A stretch of 64,000 nucleotides of DNA from Promethearchaeia archaeon (GTDB taxonomy: Archaea; Asgardarchaeota; Lokiarchaeia; Sigyniarchaeales; SOKP01). The position numbers and the translations under genes were made by a program. Below are positions 40,067-50,381 of this stretch, one piece after another. Below the pieces are notes generated by a model. The model was not told where the DNA came from. It saw only the letters and a list, made by a program, of their open reading frames with translations, and ran no database searches. Within the stretch, counting starts at the first letter, position 1. Each line of letters starts with the position of its first letter. The stretch covers positions 64,001-128,000 of the forward strand of contig JAHQWL010000040.1 in the NCBI GenBank assembly GCA_029856155.1, in the 5' to 3' direction.

Positions 40067-41167
40067 TTAATCAAGATATATCTCTTTCCCTTGCTCAACG
40101 GACTTAATAGCAGCTAGATTAAATTTTAATATAGATCTTGCTTGTTCACCAGAAAGTATTGGTTCTTTATTATTTTTTACTACATCTATAAAATAATTCG
40201 TTGCGTTAATAAAACTATGTTTCCAGTCTTTTTTGAAGTCCCTATAAGTTTCTACCTTACCATCTCTTATAACTACGATAGGAGGAAAGATTTCAGAATC
40301 TGACATCTTATTTCCTATTGAGGTACCTTGGTTTATCTTCAATATTCCACGACTAGCTATAATTTCAATAAATTCATCAACAGGATAGTATTTTGAACCC
40401 GAAAAATTCATCTCAGGCATTAACGCAAATTCCATATTACCATATTGAGGAACTACATGTTCTTTACTTTGCTTATATTTAAACATTACATAAGCGGGAG
40501 CATCTATACCTTGATAATTACCTGTCCATGCAAAAACTTTTTCAATTTCTTCTTCAAAAAACCACCATGCTAAAGAAAAAGCATGCCATCCATTATCGAA
40601 GAGAATTGGAGAACCATCAAGCCCTCCACCAATTTTTTTAGGGTCTTTTCTCCATATTTCTGCACCTTCTGGGATTTTCCAACCATCTTTAGCGCCTATT
40701 GCGGTCTTAATCCGAATTGATGAGGGATCACCAATGTAATCGTTATCTAATAATTCTTTTGCTTTCATTATATGAGGGGCAAAAACGAAATTCTCATAAA
40801 TCGAGAGAATTGATCCTGATTTTTTACATGCATTAATCATCTTATCAGCTTCTTCTAAAGTTAAAGCCATTGGTTTTTGAACAGAAATTCCTTTTATTCC
40901 TTTCTGAGCAGCATGAATAGTAGCATCAGCGTGGAGATAATGAGGCAAAAGTATTTCTATAATATCTAAATCCTCATCATCTATCATTTTCTTATAATCA
41001 GAATATATGGAAATATTAGAATCTAAATTGAATTTTTCTCTTTTTTGTTTAGCTTTTTCAATAGTCCTATTGCATAAACAAGTAATTTTTATATCCTCTC
41101 GATTTAAATATCCTAAAATATTTAGGTCAAAAATAACACCCGTTCCAATTAACCCAACTTTCAACAT
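40067..41167 (-). CDS. Gfo/Idh/MocA oxidoreductase (paralog, convergent)
   Basis: VGLIGTG, LPHYLH, GIKGISVQKPMA, DNGWH. Confidence 0.9.
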   Translation of the reverse strand: MLKVGLIGTGVIFDLNILGYLNREDIKITCLCNRTIEKAKQKREKFNLDSNISIYSDYKKMIDDEDLDIIEILLPHYLHADATIHAAQKGIKGISVQKPMALTLEEADKMINACKKSGSILSIYENFVFAPHIMKAKELLDNDYIGDPSSIRIKTAIGAKDGWKIPEGAEIWRKDPKKIGGGLDGSPILFDNGWHAFSLAWWFFEEEIEKVFAWTGNYQGIDAPAYVMFKYKQSKEHVVPQYGNMEFALMPEMNFSGSKYYPVDEFIEIIASRGILKINQGTSIGNKMSDSEIFPPIVVIRDGKVETYRDFKKDWKHSFINATNYFIDVVKNNKEPILSGEQARSILKFNLAAIKSVEQGKEIYLD

Positions 41168-41257
41168 GAAATATTCAAAAGTAGAATAATTAATTAAATT
41201 TATAAAATTACTTTTAGTAAATATAGTTATCTAAAGCAGATTAAGAGGAAAACAATA

Positions 41258-42160
41258 TTGATAGAGGATTTATATGATTATCTCAATTTGTTTTTTGAAA
41301 CAAGTGAGCTCAATCGCCTTCATGAGAATTATGGAGGTGGAAAAATTTTCAATAATCCTTTAATAGGGATAGCTAAGGGAGACGATCCAATTTTTCAAAA
41401 ATTTAAAGAGGTTGTTGGACCTGAACACTTAACTCCTCTTGAGTTATGGTTAGCAGATGATCTAGAAATGATAGATGCTTCAAAGCTTCGAATTGTTTCG
41501 ATTGTTTTTCCTTATGTTGATAGAATCCGCAATGAAAGTAAAAATATAAAAAAGTTATCAAGAATATTACTTCCCGCTGAAATTTATTCTGTAGGAAGGA
41601 ACTATGCTAATTCTTTTAAACAAGAAACTTGTAGACAAATTATTGGATTTTTTAAAGAAAAAGGCTATAATGCTATAGCTGGGATGCTGAGTAAGTCATT
41701 TTCTATAATAGTAAAGGGAAATTTTTACTCAACGTGGTCAGAACGGCATATAGCATTTGCTGCAGGTTTAGGAACTTTTAGTTTACATGAAGGGTTAATT
41801 ACTGATGTTGGTTGCAACATCAGATTAGCTTCTGTTGTTACTGACACTCCACTCAAAATTACTCCAAGAAGGAGTGATAATCCTTACGGAAATTGTTTAT
41901 ATTATTCAAAAGGGATTTGTAGAGAATGTGAAGAGAGATGTCCCGCTAATGCTATCGATGAAAATGGGCATGACAAAATAAAATGTTATGAATATGGGCA
42001 AAAAGTAGCAAGAAAAATGATAGCAAAAATGGGGCAAATATTGAAACCACATATCCGTTGTGTGAATAGGAAATTAAGACCTCCTTCCTATCCAGTTGGA
42101 TGTGCATTTTGTCAATTTGGAGTTCCTTGTATGGATAAAAATCCAACAGCAGAAATGTGA
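41258..42160 (+). CDS. Epoxyqueuosine reductase-like / reductive dehalogenase-like Fe-S protein
   Basis: WSERHIAFAAGLGTFSL..GLIT..G...RLASVVTD, CxxCxxxCP, CAFCQ.GVPC. Confidence 0.8.
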   Translation: MIEDLYDYLNLFFETSELNRLHENYGGGKIFNNPLIGIAKGDDPIFQKFKEVVGPEHLTPLELWLADDLEMIDASKLRIVSIVFPYVDRIRNESKNIKKLSRILLPAEIYSVGRNYANSFKQETCRQIIGFFKEKGYNAIAGMLSKSFSIIVKGNFYSTWSERHIAFAAGLGTFSLHEGLITDVGCNIRLASVVTDTPLKITPRRSDNPYGNCLYYSKGICRECEERCPANAIDENGHDKIKCYEYGQKVARKMIAKMGQILKPHIRCVNRKLRPPSYPVGCAFCQFGVPCMDKNPTAEM

Positions 42161-42197
42161 GTTATTCGATTTAAATTATAAATTTTTTAAATATATT

Positions 42198-42959
42198 ATG
42201 TTTAAACACGCAATTGTGAGAAAACCGGGGAAGAATTTTAAAGAGGGTATTACTTCTTCTAAATTAGGGAAACCAGACCTTGATTTGGCAATTCTTCAAC
42301 ATTCAAACTATATAAAAGCATTGAAGAAGTGTGGTTTGACTATTATTGAAATGGATGCTGACGAAAAATTTCCTGATTCCACTTTTGTCGAAGATACTGC
42401 TATTGTCAATACTGATGTCGCAGTAAGCACAAATTTAGGCGTATTAAGTAGAAAAGGTGAAGAATTAGAAATAAGAAGAATTTTAGAGAGATTTCATGAA
42501 AATATTGAGTGCATTAAAAATCCTGGAACACTTGAAGGTGGAGATATTTTAAAAGTAGGTAATCAATATTATATTGGCCTATCAAATCGAACAAATAAAG
42601 AAGGAGCGAGGCAATTAACAAAAATCTTGAAAAAACATGGATATTCATGCTTAACTGTGCAATTAGCCAAACTTCTTCATTTAAAATCTGGAATAGCTTA
42701 TATAGGAGATAATAATTTAATTGTATCAGGAGAACTTATTGACAATCCAATTTTCAAGGATTTCAATATTATTGAAGTCGATAAGGATGAGAGTTATGCA
42801 GCAAATTGTATAAGAGTGAATAACTATATTCTAATTGCTAAAGGCTTTCAGAAGTTAAAAAATTCAATATTAAATTTGCGATATAAAATAATTGAAATTA
42901 ATTTGTCAGAATTTAGAAAGATGGATGGAGGTCTTTCTTGTTTATCTATAAGATTTTAA
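42198..42959 (+). CDS. Dimethylarginine dimethylaminohydrolase (amidinotransferase family)
   Basis: ATG 42198 MFKHAIVRKP; FPDSTFVEDTA, SRKGE, LEGGD, HLKSG, SEFRKMDGGLSCLS. Confidence 0.9.
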   Translation: MFKHAIVRKPGKNFKEGITSSKLGKPDLDLAILQHSNYIKALKKCGLTIIEMDADEKFPDSTFVEDTAIVNTDVAVSTNLGVLSRKGEELEIRRILERFHENIECIKNPGTLEGGDILKVGNQYYIGLSNRTNKEGARQLTKILKKHGYSCLTVQLAKLLHLKSGIAYIGDNNLIVSGELIDNPIFKDFNIIEVDKDESYAANCIRVNNYILIAKGFQKLKNSILNLRYKIIEINLSEFRKMDGGLSCLSIRF

Positions 42960-43042
42960 GAATATTTAATTAAGAGAAAATTACGTTTTCCAATTTTTAT
43001 CAATTAATTTTATATAATTTCTATTTGTAAGATAAATTAAAC

Positions 43043-44710
43043 ATGTCAATTAAGAAAGAAGAATTAGATCCAAGAAGAGCTTATGAAAGAGCATTATATT
43101 TAGGATGTGGTTATTCTTATAATGATTTAAAAAAACCTAAAGTTGCTATAGTGAATTCTTGGAATGCTATAAATCCCGGTCACGTACATTTACTTAAATT
43201 GGCTGAATTTGTTAAGGATAGCGTAAAGGAGTCTGGTGGTACTCCCATGGAATTTAATACCATTGCAATTTGTGACGGAATTGCTAATTCAGGAAATTTT
43301 TCTAAATATGTTTTACCTTCTCGAGAGATTATTGCTGCTTCTGTTGAATGTACAATAAAAGCTTACAATTTTGATGGGATGGTAATGTTATGCTCTTGTG
43401 ATAAGATAATACCTGGGATGCTTTTAGCAGCAGCCAGATGCAATATTCCAACTATTTTTTTAACTGGAGGAATTATGCTTCCTAAAACATTTCAAGATGG
43501 ACCTCTTAAAGGTAAAACCTTTGTAACATCTGATATTAAAGAGGCGATTGGAAAGTATAATGCAGGGTTAATATCAAAGGAAGATTTTTTTCTCATTGAA
43601 TCAGAAACATGTTGTTCTCCTGGAGCTTGTAATATGATGGGTACTGCCAATACTATGGCTTGTATCGTCGAAACTATGGGACTTTCTTTACCAGGTTGTG
43701 CAACAATGAGTGCAGTTAGTGAGGAACGAATAGAATTATGCAGAGACACAGGAAAGTCGATAATGAACTTAATTGAAAAAAGAATAAGGGCTTTAGATAT
43801 AATCACTCATGATTCAATTGAAAATGCAATTAAGGTTGCACTATCATTTGGTGGTTCTACTAATATGGTACTACATTTATGTGCGTTATCACATGAATTA
43901 GGTGGTAATCTAAACCATTTTGATTTTGATAGAATTAGCAAAACAGTTCCTCTACTAGCCAAATTCAAACCCGCATCAGAATATAATCTCTCAGAGTTTC
44001 ATGAAGCTGGTGGTGTAAAAGTTTTAATGAAAAAATTATCAAAACTTTTAAATTTATCAACAAAAACAGTTCTGGGTTTAACTCTTAAAGATTATCTTAA
44101 AAATATAGAATTTGAAGATTTCCAGATTATAAGGAACTTAGAAGATCCTATCTCAAGTGAAGGAGCGATTGCAGTATTAAAAGGAAATTTAGCACCTGAA
44201 GGTGCTATAATAAAACAAAGTGCTGTTGATCCCAAAATGAGATATCATAAGGGTCCTGCTAAAGTCTTTGAATGTGAAGAAGACTTGAAAGATGCTTTAA
44301 TATCAAATATTATTGAAAAAGGGGATGTATTAGTGATACGTTATGAAGGACCTAAGGGTTCTCCAGGGATGAGAGAATTGTCAATTCCGGCAGCAATTTT
44401 AATTGGTATGGGTTTGGGTGATTCAGTAGCAATGATAACGGATGGAAGATACTCTGGAGCTACGAGAGGTCCTTGTATAGGGCATGTTTGTCCTGAAGCA
44501 ATTGAGGGTGGCCCAATTGCAATTGTTCAAAATGGTGATATAATAGAAATTGATCTTGATAATCGAAAATTAGACTTATTAATCCCTCAAGCAGAAATAG
44601 AGACCCGTTTAAACATGTGGGAAAAACCTGAAGTAAAGTTTAAAACGGGTTATTTAGGCATTTATAGAAAAATCGTAAGCTCAGCAAAGTATGGAGCATA
44701 TCTACAATAA
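43043..44710 (+). CDS. ilvD: Dihydroxy-acid dehydratase (IlvD/Edd family)
   Basis: [61 protein letters not shown]. Confidence 0.9.
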   Translation: MSIKKEELDPRRAYERALYLGCGYSYNDLKKPKVAIVNSWNAINPGHVHLLKLAEFVKDSVKESGGTPMEFNTIAICDGIANSGNFSKYVLPSREIIAASVECTIKAYNFDGMVMLCSCDKIIPGMLLAAARCNIPTIFLTGGIMLPKTFQDGPLKGKTFVTSDIKEAIGKYNAGLISKEDFFLIESETCCSPGACNMMGTANTMACIVETMGLSLPGCATMSAVSEERIELCRDTGKSIMNLIEKRIRALDIITHDSIENAIKVALSFGGSTNMVLHLCALSHELGGNLNHFDFDRISKTVPLLAKFKPASEYNLSEFHEAGGVKVLMKKLSKLLNLSTKTVLGLTLKDYLKNIEFEDFQIIRNLEDPISSEGAIAVLKGNLAPEGAIIKQSAVDPKMRYHKGPAKVFECEEDLKDALISNIIEKGDVLVIRYEGPKGSPGMRELSIPAAILIGMGLGDSVAMITDGRYSGATRGPCIGHVCPEAIEGGPIAIVQNGDIIEIDLDNRKLDLLIPQAEIETRLNMWEKPEVKFKTGYLGIYRKIVSSAKYGAYLQ

Positions 44711-44721
44711 ATTGTTAAATT

Positions 44722-45882
44722 ATGATTGATGAAACGCGTATATTAAAAAATTTAAAAGAATTTTCTTTTCCAAGGTTATCTGGAACTGACTTTGAGAAGA
44801 AATCGTTCATAATTGCTAAAAAGAAGATAGAAGATCTAAGTTTTTCACCAATAGTTCAACAATTTTCTTTTAGTATTTTTTATTCAAGAATTTATCCTAA
44901 AGTTGCTTTAACATTACTAAGTTGGCTTCTTATGGTTTTAGTTTTGAATTTTAATTTAGTTTTCAATGTAGTTAATCTATTTTTGATATTCATTTTAATT
45001 TTGATTCTAATTATATATACTCGGAATCCAGAGACAATTAAAGTACAGCATGAATATCATTCTCAGAATTTATTTGTGAAACTATCATCTCAGGCTAAGA
45101 ATGGAAGCTCAGATTATAATATTTTCCTACTTTCACATTTAGATTCAAAAGGACAGACATTCTCGATAAAAATTCGCATCCAGTTGTATTATATATGGAT
45201 TATTACTTTTTTCTTAGGTCTTTTAATTACAATCCTAAATTCTATTTTCTTAACTGAAGATTTCTTATTAATAGATATATTCGCAATTTTGATCATAAGT
45301 ATTAATTTTGGAGCTACTGTTGTAATTTGGATAAATACAACTAATAATAAATCTAAAGGAGCTATAGATAATGCTTCTGGAATATCATGTGTTTTAGAAC
45401 TGCTACATTATTATTCAAATCCAAAAAATATGCTCAATAATTATGATTTGTGGTTTGTGTTTACCGGCGCAGAAGAATCTGGGACTATGGGTGTAAGAAA
45501 TTTTTATAATAATATTAAAGATTTTGATAGAGATAAGACTTTCATAATCAACTTTGACTCTATCGCTAAAAAAGTAAATCTATGGGATCATGGTCTACTT
45601 AATAATAAAAATTATAAATCTTTTAATTATATTTTAGAAAATAAAGATATAATGAGTTTAGAGAAGAAAACACATAGGTTTTACATTGGTACATATAGTG
45701 ATGGATTATTTCTATTAAATAAGAGATTCAAAGGACTTGGTAATGGAGACAAAAGCACTTATAATTATGTTCATTCTGAAAACGATGATCTGGATAAAAT
45801 TGATATAAATGTATTGAAGAAACTCTGCCAATTTTATACAGTCCTATTAAATGAAGTTGATATTAATTTAAATAAACAATAA
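44722..45882 (+). CDS. Membrane M28-family peptidase-like protein
   Basis: FSFPRLSGT, SHLDSKGQ, GAIDNASG, TGAEESGTMG, NFD, H..ND. Confidence 0.8.
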   Translation: MIDETRILKNLKEFSFPRLSGTDFEKKSFIIAKKKIEDLSFSPIVQQFSFSIFYSRIYPKVALTLLSWLLMVLVLNFNLVFNVVNLFLIFILILILIIYTRNPETIKVQHEYHSQNLFVKLSSQAKNGSSDYNIFLLSHLDSKGQTFSIKIRIQLYYIWIITFFLGLLITILNSIFLTEDFLLIDIFAILIISINFGATVVIWINTTNNKSKGAIDNASGISCVLELLHYYSNPKNMLNNYDLWFVFTGAEESGTMGVRNFYNNIKDFDRDKTFIINFDSIAKKVNLWDHGLLNNKNYKSFNYILENKDIMSLEKKTHRFYIGTYSDGLFLLNKRFKGLGNGDKSTYNYVHSENDDLDKIDINVLKKLCQFYTVLLNEVDINLNKQ

Positions 45883-45893
45883 TAGAGTGCTGA

Positions 45894-47438
45894 TTAGTTA
45901 TCCAGTATAATAATAAGGATTTAGGAATAGTTATTACTCCTCCTAATACTGTAGAATATATTATATCAAGATTAGGAAGAATTCAAGAAGATCACAAAAT
46001 TATGGACCCGTGTGCAGGACCTGGCATTTTTATAAAGAAGTTACTAGAATCTGGAATTAATAAAAATCAAATATTTGCTTATGATATAAATTCAAACTTT
46101 AAAAGCGAAATAGAAAAATTAGGTCTTTTCTTTAAGGAGCAAGATACACTTCTAGCTTTATATCCTGACTCATATAATGAATTTGATTTTATTGTGGGCA
46201 ATCCACCATATTTAAACAAGGCAAGTAAATATGTTCGTAAAAACAAAGCAAAACTACGAAAAATATATGGGAAAATAAATGCTCATGAAACATATGCAAT
46301 GTTTATTGTTAATAGTATTTGGAGATTAAAAGATGGAGGAAAACTTGGTTTTATCACCAGCGATTCGTTCTTAACTCTAAGTACCCATAAAAAGCTAAGA
46401 AGATTTATCCTTAATACCTGTAAAATTAACGAGATTCTTTTAGCACCAAAAAATTTGTTTTCTAATCAAAATGTAAGTACAAGCCCTGCAATTATAATTT
46501 TAACAAAATGTTCTGGTCAGAAAAATAAAGTTAACAGAGATAATAATTTAATGAGGATAATTCCTCGAATAAATAATGAGGAAGACTACCAATCTCCTCC
46601 AAATGTTAATCAAATAAAGCAATTCAAGTATAATTTTTTACCATTTAACATTTTTTATACCGATGTTGATGAAAAAGTTATTGAATTATTTGAAAAAGCT
46701 CCTAAATTAGAAGAATACTTAAAGGGTTTTATAGGAATGCACACACATAATAATAGAAAATACATTGCTGCTATTGAGGGCACAGAACTAGCTGAGTTGT
46801 TTAATAATAGAAACATGAAGATTAATGATTCGCAAAATAAATTCAAAATTATTAAGAGATCGGGTTTAGAAAACATTAAATGGAAACCTTATTTAAAACG
46901 AGGTGGCGCCGACCAGTATTATCGACCAATCATGGAAGCCTTAGATTGGAGTGAGGAAGCTATAAAAATTTATGATATTCCAAAAAATGTACCGTTTGAA
47001 GAAGAAGGGATAATAATAAGCGGAGTAAGTTCAAGATTAGCAGCACGTTATATGCCAAGGGGATGCTATTGGGATTCTAATAAAGCAATTGGATTTATAA
47101 TTAAAAGTAAATTTGTTTCAATTGGCTATATGTTAGGTTTGCTTAATAGCTCGTTATATAATTACCTTGCCAAGGGAATTATCAATAATACTAGTAGTAT
47201 CCAAATTACTGGAATCCATGCCATCCCTTTTATAGAACCCGAAAAGGAAATTAAAGAAACAGTAGAAAAATTAGTGGAAACAATTATTAAATGTAAAGAA
47301 AAAAACTCTAAGTATGATTATAATAAAGAGCAGAAAGTAATTGATGATACTATTTTTGATTTTTATGCTAGAAAATTTAACCTTCCTAACAATTTAAAGA
47401 AAGTTTTAGATGATAAATATTCAATTTATCAGAATTAG
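45894..47438 (+). CDS. N6-adenine DNA methyltransferase (gamma class, TaqI-like C-terminal region), orphan; true start probably upstream of ATG 46002
   Basis: KDLGIVITPP (motif X) in frame upstream of DPCAGPG (motif I); GNPPY; GGKLGFITSDSFL; YMLGLLNS. Confidence 0.85.
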   Translation, partial: LVIQYNNKDLGIVITPPNTVEYIISRLGRIQEDHKIMDPCAGPGIFIKKLLESGINKNQIFAYDINSNFKSEIEKLGLFFKEQDTLLALYPDSYNEFDFIVGNPPYLNKASKYVRKNKAKLRKIYGKINAHETYAMFIVNSIWRLKDGGKLGFITSDSFLTLSTHKKLRRFILNTCKINEILLAPKNLFSNQNVSTSPAIIILTKCSGQKNKVNRDNNLMRIIPRINNEEDYQSPPNVNQIKQFKYNFLPFNIFYTDVDEKVIELFEKAPKLEEYLKGFIGMHTHNNRKYIAAIEGTELAELFNNRNMKINDSQNKFKIIKRSGLENIKWKPYLKRGGADQYYRPIMEALDWSEEAIKIYDIPKNVPFEEEGIIISGVSSRLAARYMPRGCYWDSNKAIGFIIKSKFVSIGYMLGLLNSSLYNYLAKGIINNTSSIQITGIHAIPFIEPEKEIKETVEKLVETIIKCKEKNSKYDYNKEQKVIDDTIFDFYARKFNLPNNLKKVLDDKYSIYQN

Positions 47439-49264
47439 AGCTTTTCTCCTTTACTTTCTTGCTCATATTTCTTTCTTCGGTCTTCTATATACTCTGGTAT
47501 TGGAACATCCCACCAACCCACAGCGGGAGATCCTGTATAGGGATATTCCCTTTGAACTTCAATTTCTATTACTGCTGGTTTTCCTGATTTAGCAGCTCTT
47601 TCAAGTGTAGGAATAATCTCTTTTTTGCCAGAAATTTTTTCAGAATAACACCCAAATGCTTCACCGATTTTAGCAAAATCAGGAGAATATGTTTTTCCCT
47701 TAATATCTTGAAAAGCTGTACCATAAGCCCTATCCTCTCCAAACGCAGCTTGTTGTAAGTCCTTAATTGCAATCCAACCATGATTATTAAGAACAATAAA
47801 GAAGATATTATCTAATCCGAGTTGGACTGCCATAGATAATTCTGATATAGTCATCATAAAATCTCCATCTCCAACAAGCGCAACAACTTGTCTATTAGGT
47901 TTTCCAATATCAATTGACCCCAATTTAGCTCCAATTGCTGCAGGAACACAATATCCCATTGTTGAGAATCCTCCAGCGGTAAGACATGTGTTAGGTTCAT
48001 AAAACACTAATTCTTGAAGCATCTGAGCTTGCACATTTCCAGAACTAGTTACTATTACAGCATCTCTGTCAAAAAAGTTTCTTACTTCTCTTAAAACTGT
48101 AGATATCATAACAGGTATTTTTGAATCATCTCGATTCTCATCAAGAAATTTGAACCATCTATGTTTCTCTTGTTGAATTTCTTTATAGTATTCTGTATTC
48201 TTATAATCTCTTGAATAATTTCCTAATTCTTCCAAAATTTGGGTCAGACAAGCTTTAGCGTCACCAACTATTCCTACAGAAACAGGATAATTCTTACCTA
48301 TTTCATGTGGATCGATATCAATTTGAATTAGTTTTGTTGGTGGAATGGAAAAGCTTACGCCATCTTTATATGAACTCGCAGTTTGATCAGCAAATCTACA
48401 ACCAATTGCGAGAATAACATCTGCATTTGAAGTCATTTTTAGTCCAACTGTCGTACCTTTGGAACCCGCTGACCAGCAATAAAGTGGATGAGAATTATCA
48501 ATAATATCTTTTCCCATCATGGTAACCACTATTGCTGCACCTATTCTTTCTGCTATACTTTTAACTTCTTCACTTGTATTTGAAGAAATTGCTCCTCCGC
48601 CTATGAATAAAACAGGTCTTCTTGAGTCTTTAATTAACTGTACAGCTTTTTTTATAATTTCAGGATCACCCCTCATACGTCCAACTGATCTCCTCTCTAG
48701 AGGCTCTGGAATTTCTACATCAATAGAATTCGCTTGTACATCCATAGGAAGATCAATATGAACAGGTCCTCTTCTTCCTGTTAACATAATATTAAAAGCT
48801 CTCTGCATTATCGTTGCTAGTTGCCCTACAGTATCAACCTCGAAACTGCGTTTTACAATAGGTTCTAAAATTTTAGGCATATTAGAATTTTTTTTTCTTT
48901 CAATTTCTTGGAGTACACCTTTACCTCTCATATGAACATGAGTATCTCCAGTAATAATAAGGCAAGGAAAAGAATCAACAAAAGCATCGGCAACTCCAAT
49001 AGCAGTGTTAATTGCTCCAGGTCCAATTGAAGTAAAAACACATAAGGGTAGTCCTGTAACTCTATAATATCCTACTGCGAGATGAACTCCTGCCATTTCC
49101 TGCTTAGGTTGAATCAACTGGATTTTCTCCTTATTTTTGAAGAAAGCATCTACAAGAGGAAGATTTCCATGACCAGGAATCCCGACAATATATTTTACTC
49201 CCTCTTTTATCAGATATTTGGTGATAATCTCTCCACCAGTGTATTTAGACATTTTTAATTCCAT
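47435..49264 (-). CDS. Thiamine diphosphate-dependent enzyme, acetolactate synthase large-subunit-like
   Basis: GIPGHGN, QE, TSIGPGAIN, GPVHIDLP, GGFSTMGY, GDGDF...NNHGW. Confidence 0.88.
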   Translation of the reverse strand: MELKMSKYTGGEIITKYLIKEGVKYIVGIPGHGNLPLVDAFFKNKEKIQLIQPKQEMAGVHLAVGYYRVTGLPLCVFTSIGPGAINTAIGVADAFVDSFPCLIITGDTHVHMRGKGVLQEIERKKNSNMPKILEPIVKRSFEVDTVGQLATIMQRAFNIMLTGRRGPVHIDLPMDVQANSIDVEIPEPLERRSVGRMRGDPEIIKKAVQLIKDSRRPVLFIGGGAISSNTSEEVKSIAERIGAAIVVTMMGKDIIDNSHPLYCWSAGSKGTTVGLKMTSNADVILAIGCRFADQTASSYKDGVSFSIPPTKLIQIDIDPHEIGKNYPVSVGIVGDAKACLTQILEELGNYSRDYKNTEYYKEIQQEKHRWFKFLDENRDDSKIPVMISTVLREVRNFFDRDAVIVTSSGNVQAQMLQELVFYEPNTCLTAGGFSTMGYCVPAAIGAKLGSIDIGKPNRQVVALVGDGDFMMTISELSMAVQLGLDNIFFIVLNNHGWIAIKDLQQAAFGEDRAYGTAFQDIKGKTYSPDFAKIGEAFGCYSEKISGKKEIIPTLERAAKSGKPAVIEIEVQREYPYTGSPAVGWWDVPIPEYIEDRRKKYEQESKGEKL

Positions 49265-49437
49265 TTAGTTTATTGGTTTTTATTAAATATAATTTGCTAA
49301 TATAAAAATAGATTTTAGTTTGTTTATCATTCATGGATAGCTAAATTAATTTAAAATTTCGAGAAAAATCGATAATATGTACATATTATTCTTATTTAAA
49401 TTATCTCATAATTTGAGATCTTTCTTGGAATATAATA

Positions 49438-49716
49438 ATGCAAACAATAACTCATGTAAGCAATAGATTAAACCTCTTGCAAACAAAACGAGAAAAATTA
49501 AGAAAGTTGCTTCTGAATTATATAAATTTTCTAATTAAATGTCTTAATAGTACAGAATCAAAAAACGAAGCAAAACGGGTCCTAGCGTCACTAAAGGCAC
49601 TTGAAAACAAAATGTGGATTCAAAACCATTCTGATGAAGATTTATCCCATAATTCTTATTTAAGTGAAGAGAGAAAAATCTATCAAGCAATAGAAAATTT
49701 ATACTTACCTTATTGA
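49438..49716 (+). CDS. Hypothetical protein
   Basis: 92-aa ATG ORF filling an intergenic gap; no recognisable motif. Confidence 0.45.
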   Translation: MQTITHVSNRLNLLQTKREKLRKLLLNYINFLIKCLNSTESKNEAKRVLASLKALENKMWIQNHSDEDLSHNSYLSEERKIYQAIENLYLPY

Positions 49717-49772
49717 AAAAGATGATTGTTATTTCTTCCTATTTTGATTAGTGGTAATTTTAAAAATATATT

Positions 49773-49824
49773 CTACTATTTCTCTACTACAAACATTTAA
49801 ATATTATAGTAGATATTATAGTAG
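49773..49824. promoter_or_regulatory. Candidate operator: 2x CTACTA facing 2x TAGTAG around a TATA-like box
   Basis: CTACTA at 49773 and 49784; TTTAAATA at 49796; ATATTATAGTAG twice at 49801-49824. Confidence 0.55.
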
Positions 49825-49838
49825 TAAGTGAGAATATT

Positions 49839-50264
49839 ATGCCAAAAAAAATTGATAAAGAGAAATATGTACGTATTCTTGAAAGACTTGAAAAAGGAGA
49901 AAAACAATCCTCTATTGTTATTGATGAAAAGTGTTCATATGGCACAATCTCAGCAGCTAAACAATGGGATAAAGAAGGAAGACCTTCTACTATTATATCT
50001 TCTACTAAATCAGTAGCAAATACAACAAGAATAATTTTTTCAATTCCAACTTTCTGGCTCGATCTTTTAAATGAAAATATTGAAGCAGGGATTTGGATGG
50101 ATTATTCTGATGCAATCGTAGACATAATTCGTACGCATTTTCGAATAAGAATGGATTCACATAAACCTGCTCATGGGGATATCCCTACTTTTGCTGATAA
50201 AGGTGAAAATTTTGGAAAAATAAGGAAAAGTATTCTTAAAGACTTAAAAAATAACAAGAAATGA
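49839..50264 (+). CDS. Putative DNA-binding protein (N-terminal HTH-like, central ribbon-helix-helix-like)
   Basis: ILERLEKGEKQSSI...CSYGTIS; IIFSIP...LL...IEAG...DYSDAIVDIIR. Confidence 0.6.
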   Translation: MPKKIDKEKYVRILERLEKGEKQSSIVIDEKCSYGTISAAKQWDKEGRPSTIISSTKSVANTTRIIFSIPTFWLDLLNENIEAGIWMDYSDAIVDIIRTHFRIRMDSHKPAHGDIPTFADKGENFGKIRKSILKDLKNNKK

Positions 50265-50381
50265 AGTAATATTTTTGTAAACTAAAATTTTATTGAAAAT
50301 TCAATATCCCCTCTCTTTTTATAAGGAAAATTTCAAGATTTAAACATATACCACATAAAGGTATGATATTCTAGTTAGTGG

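Noticed and set aside
45887-45908. Hairpin GTGCTG...CAGTAT at the methyltransferase 5' end as an intron supplying a start codon
   Set aside because: The flanks do not form a BHB central helix.
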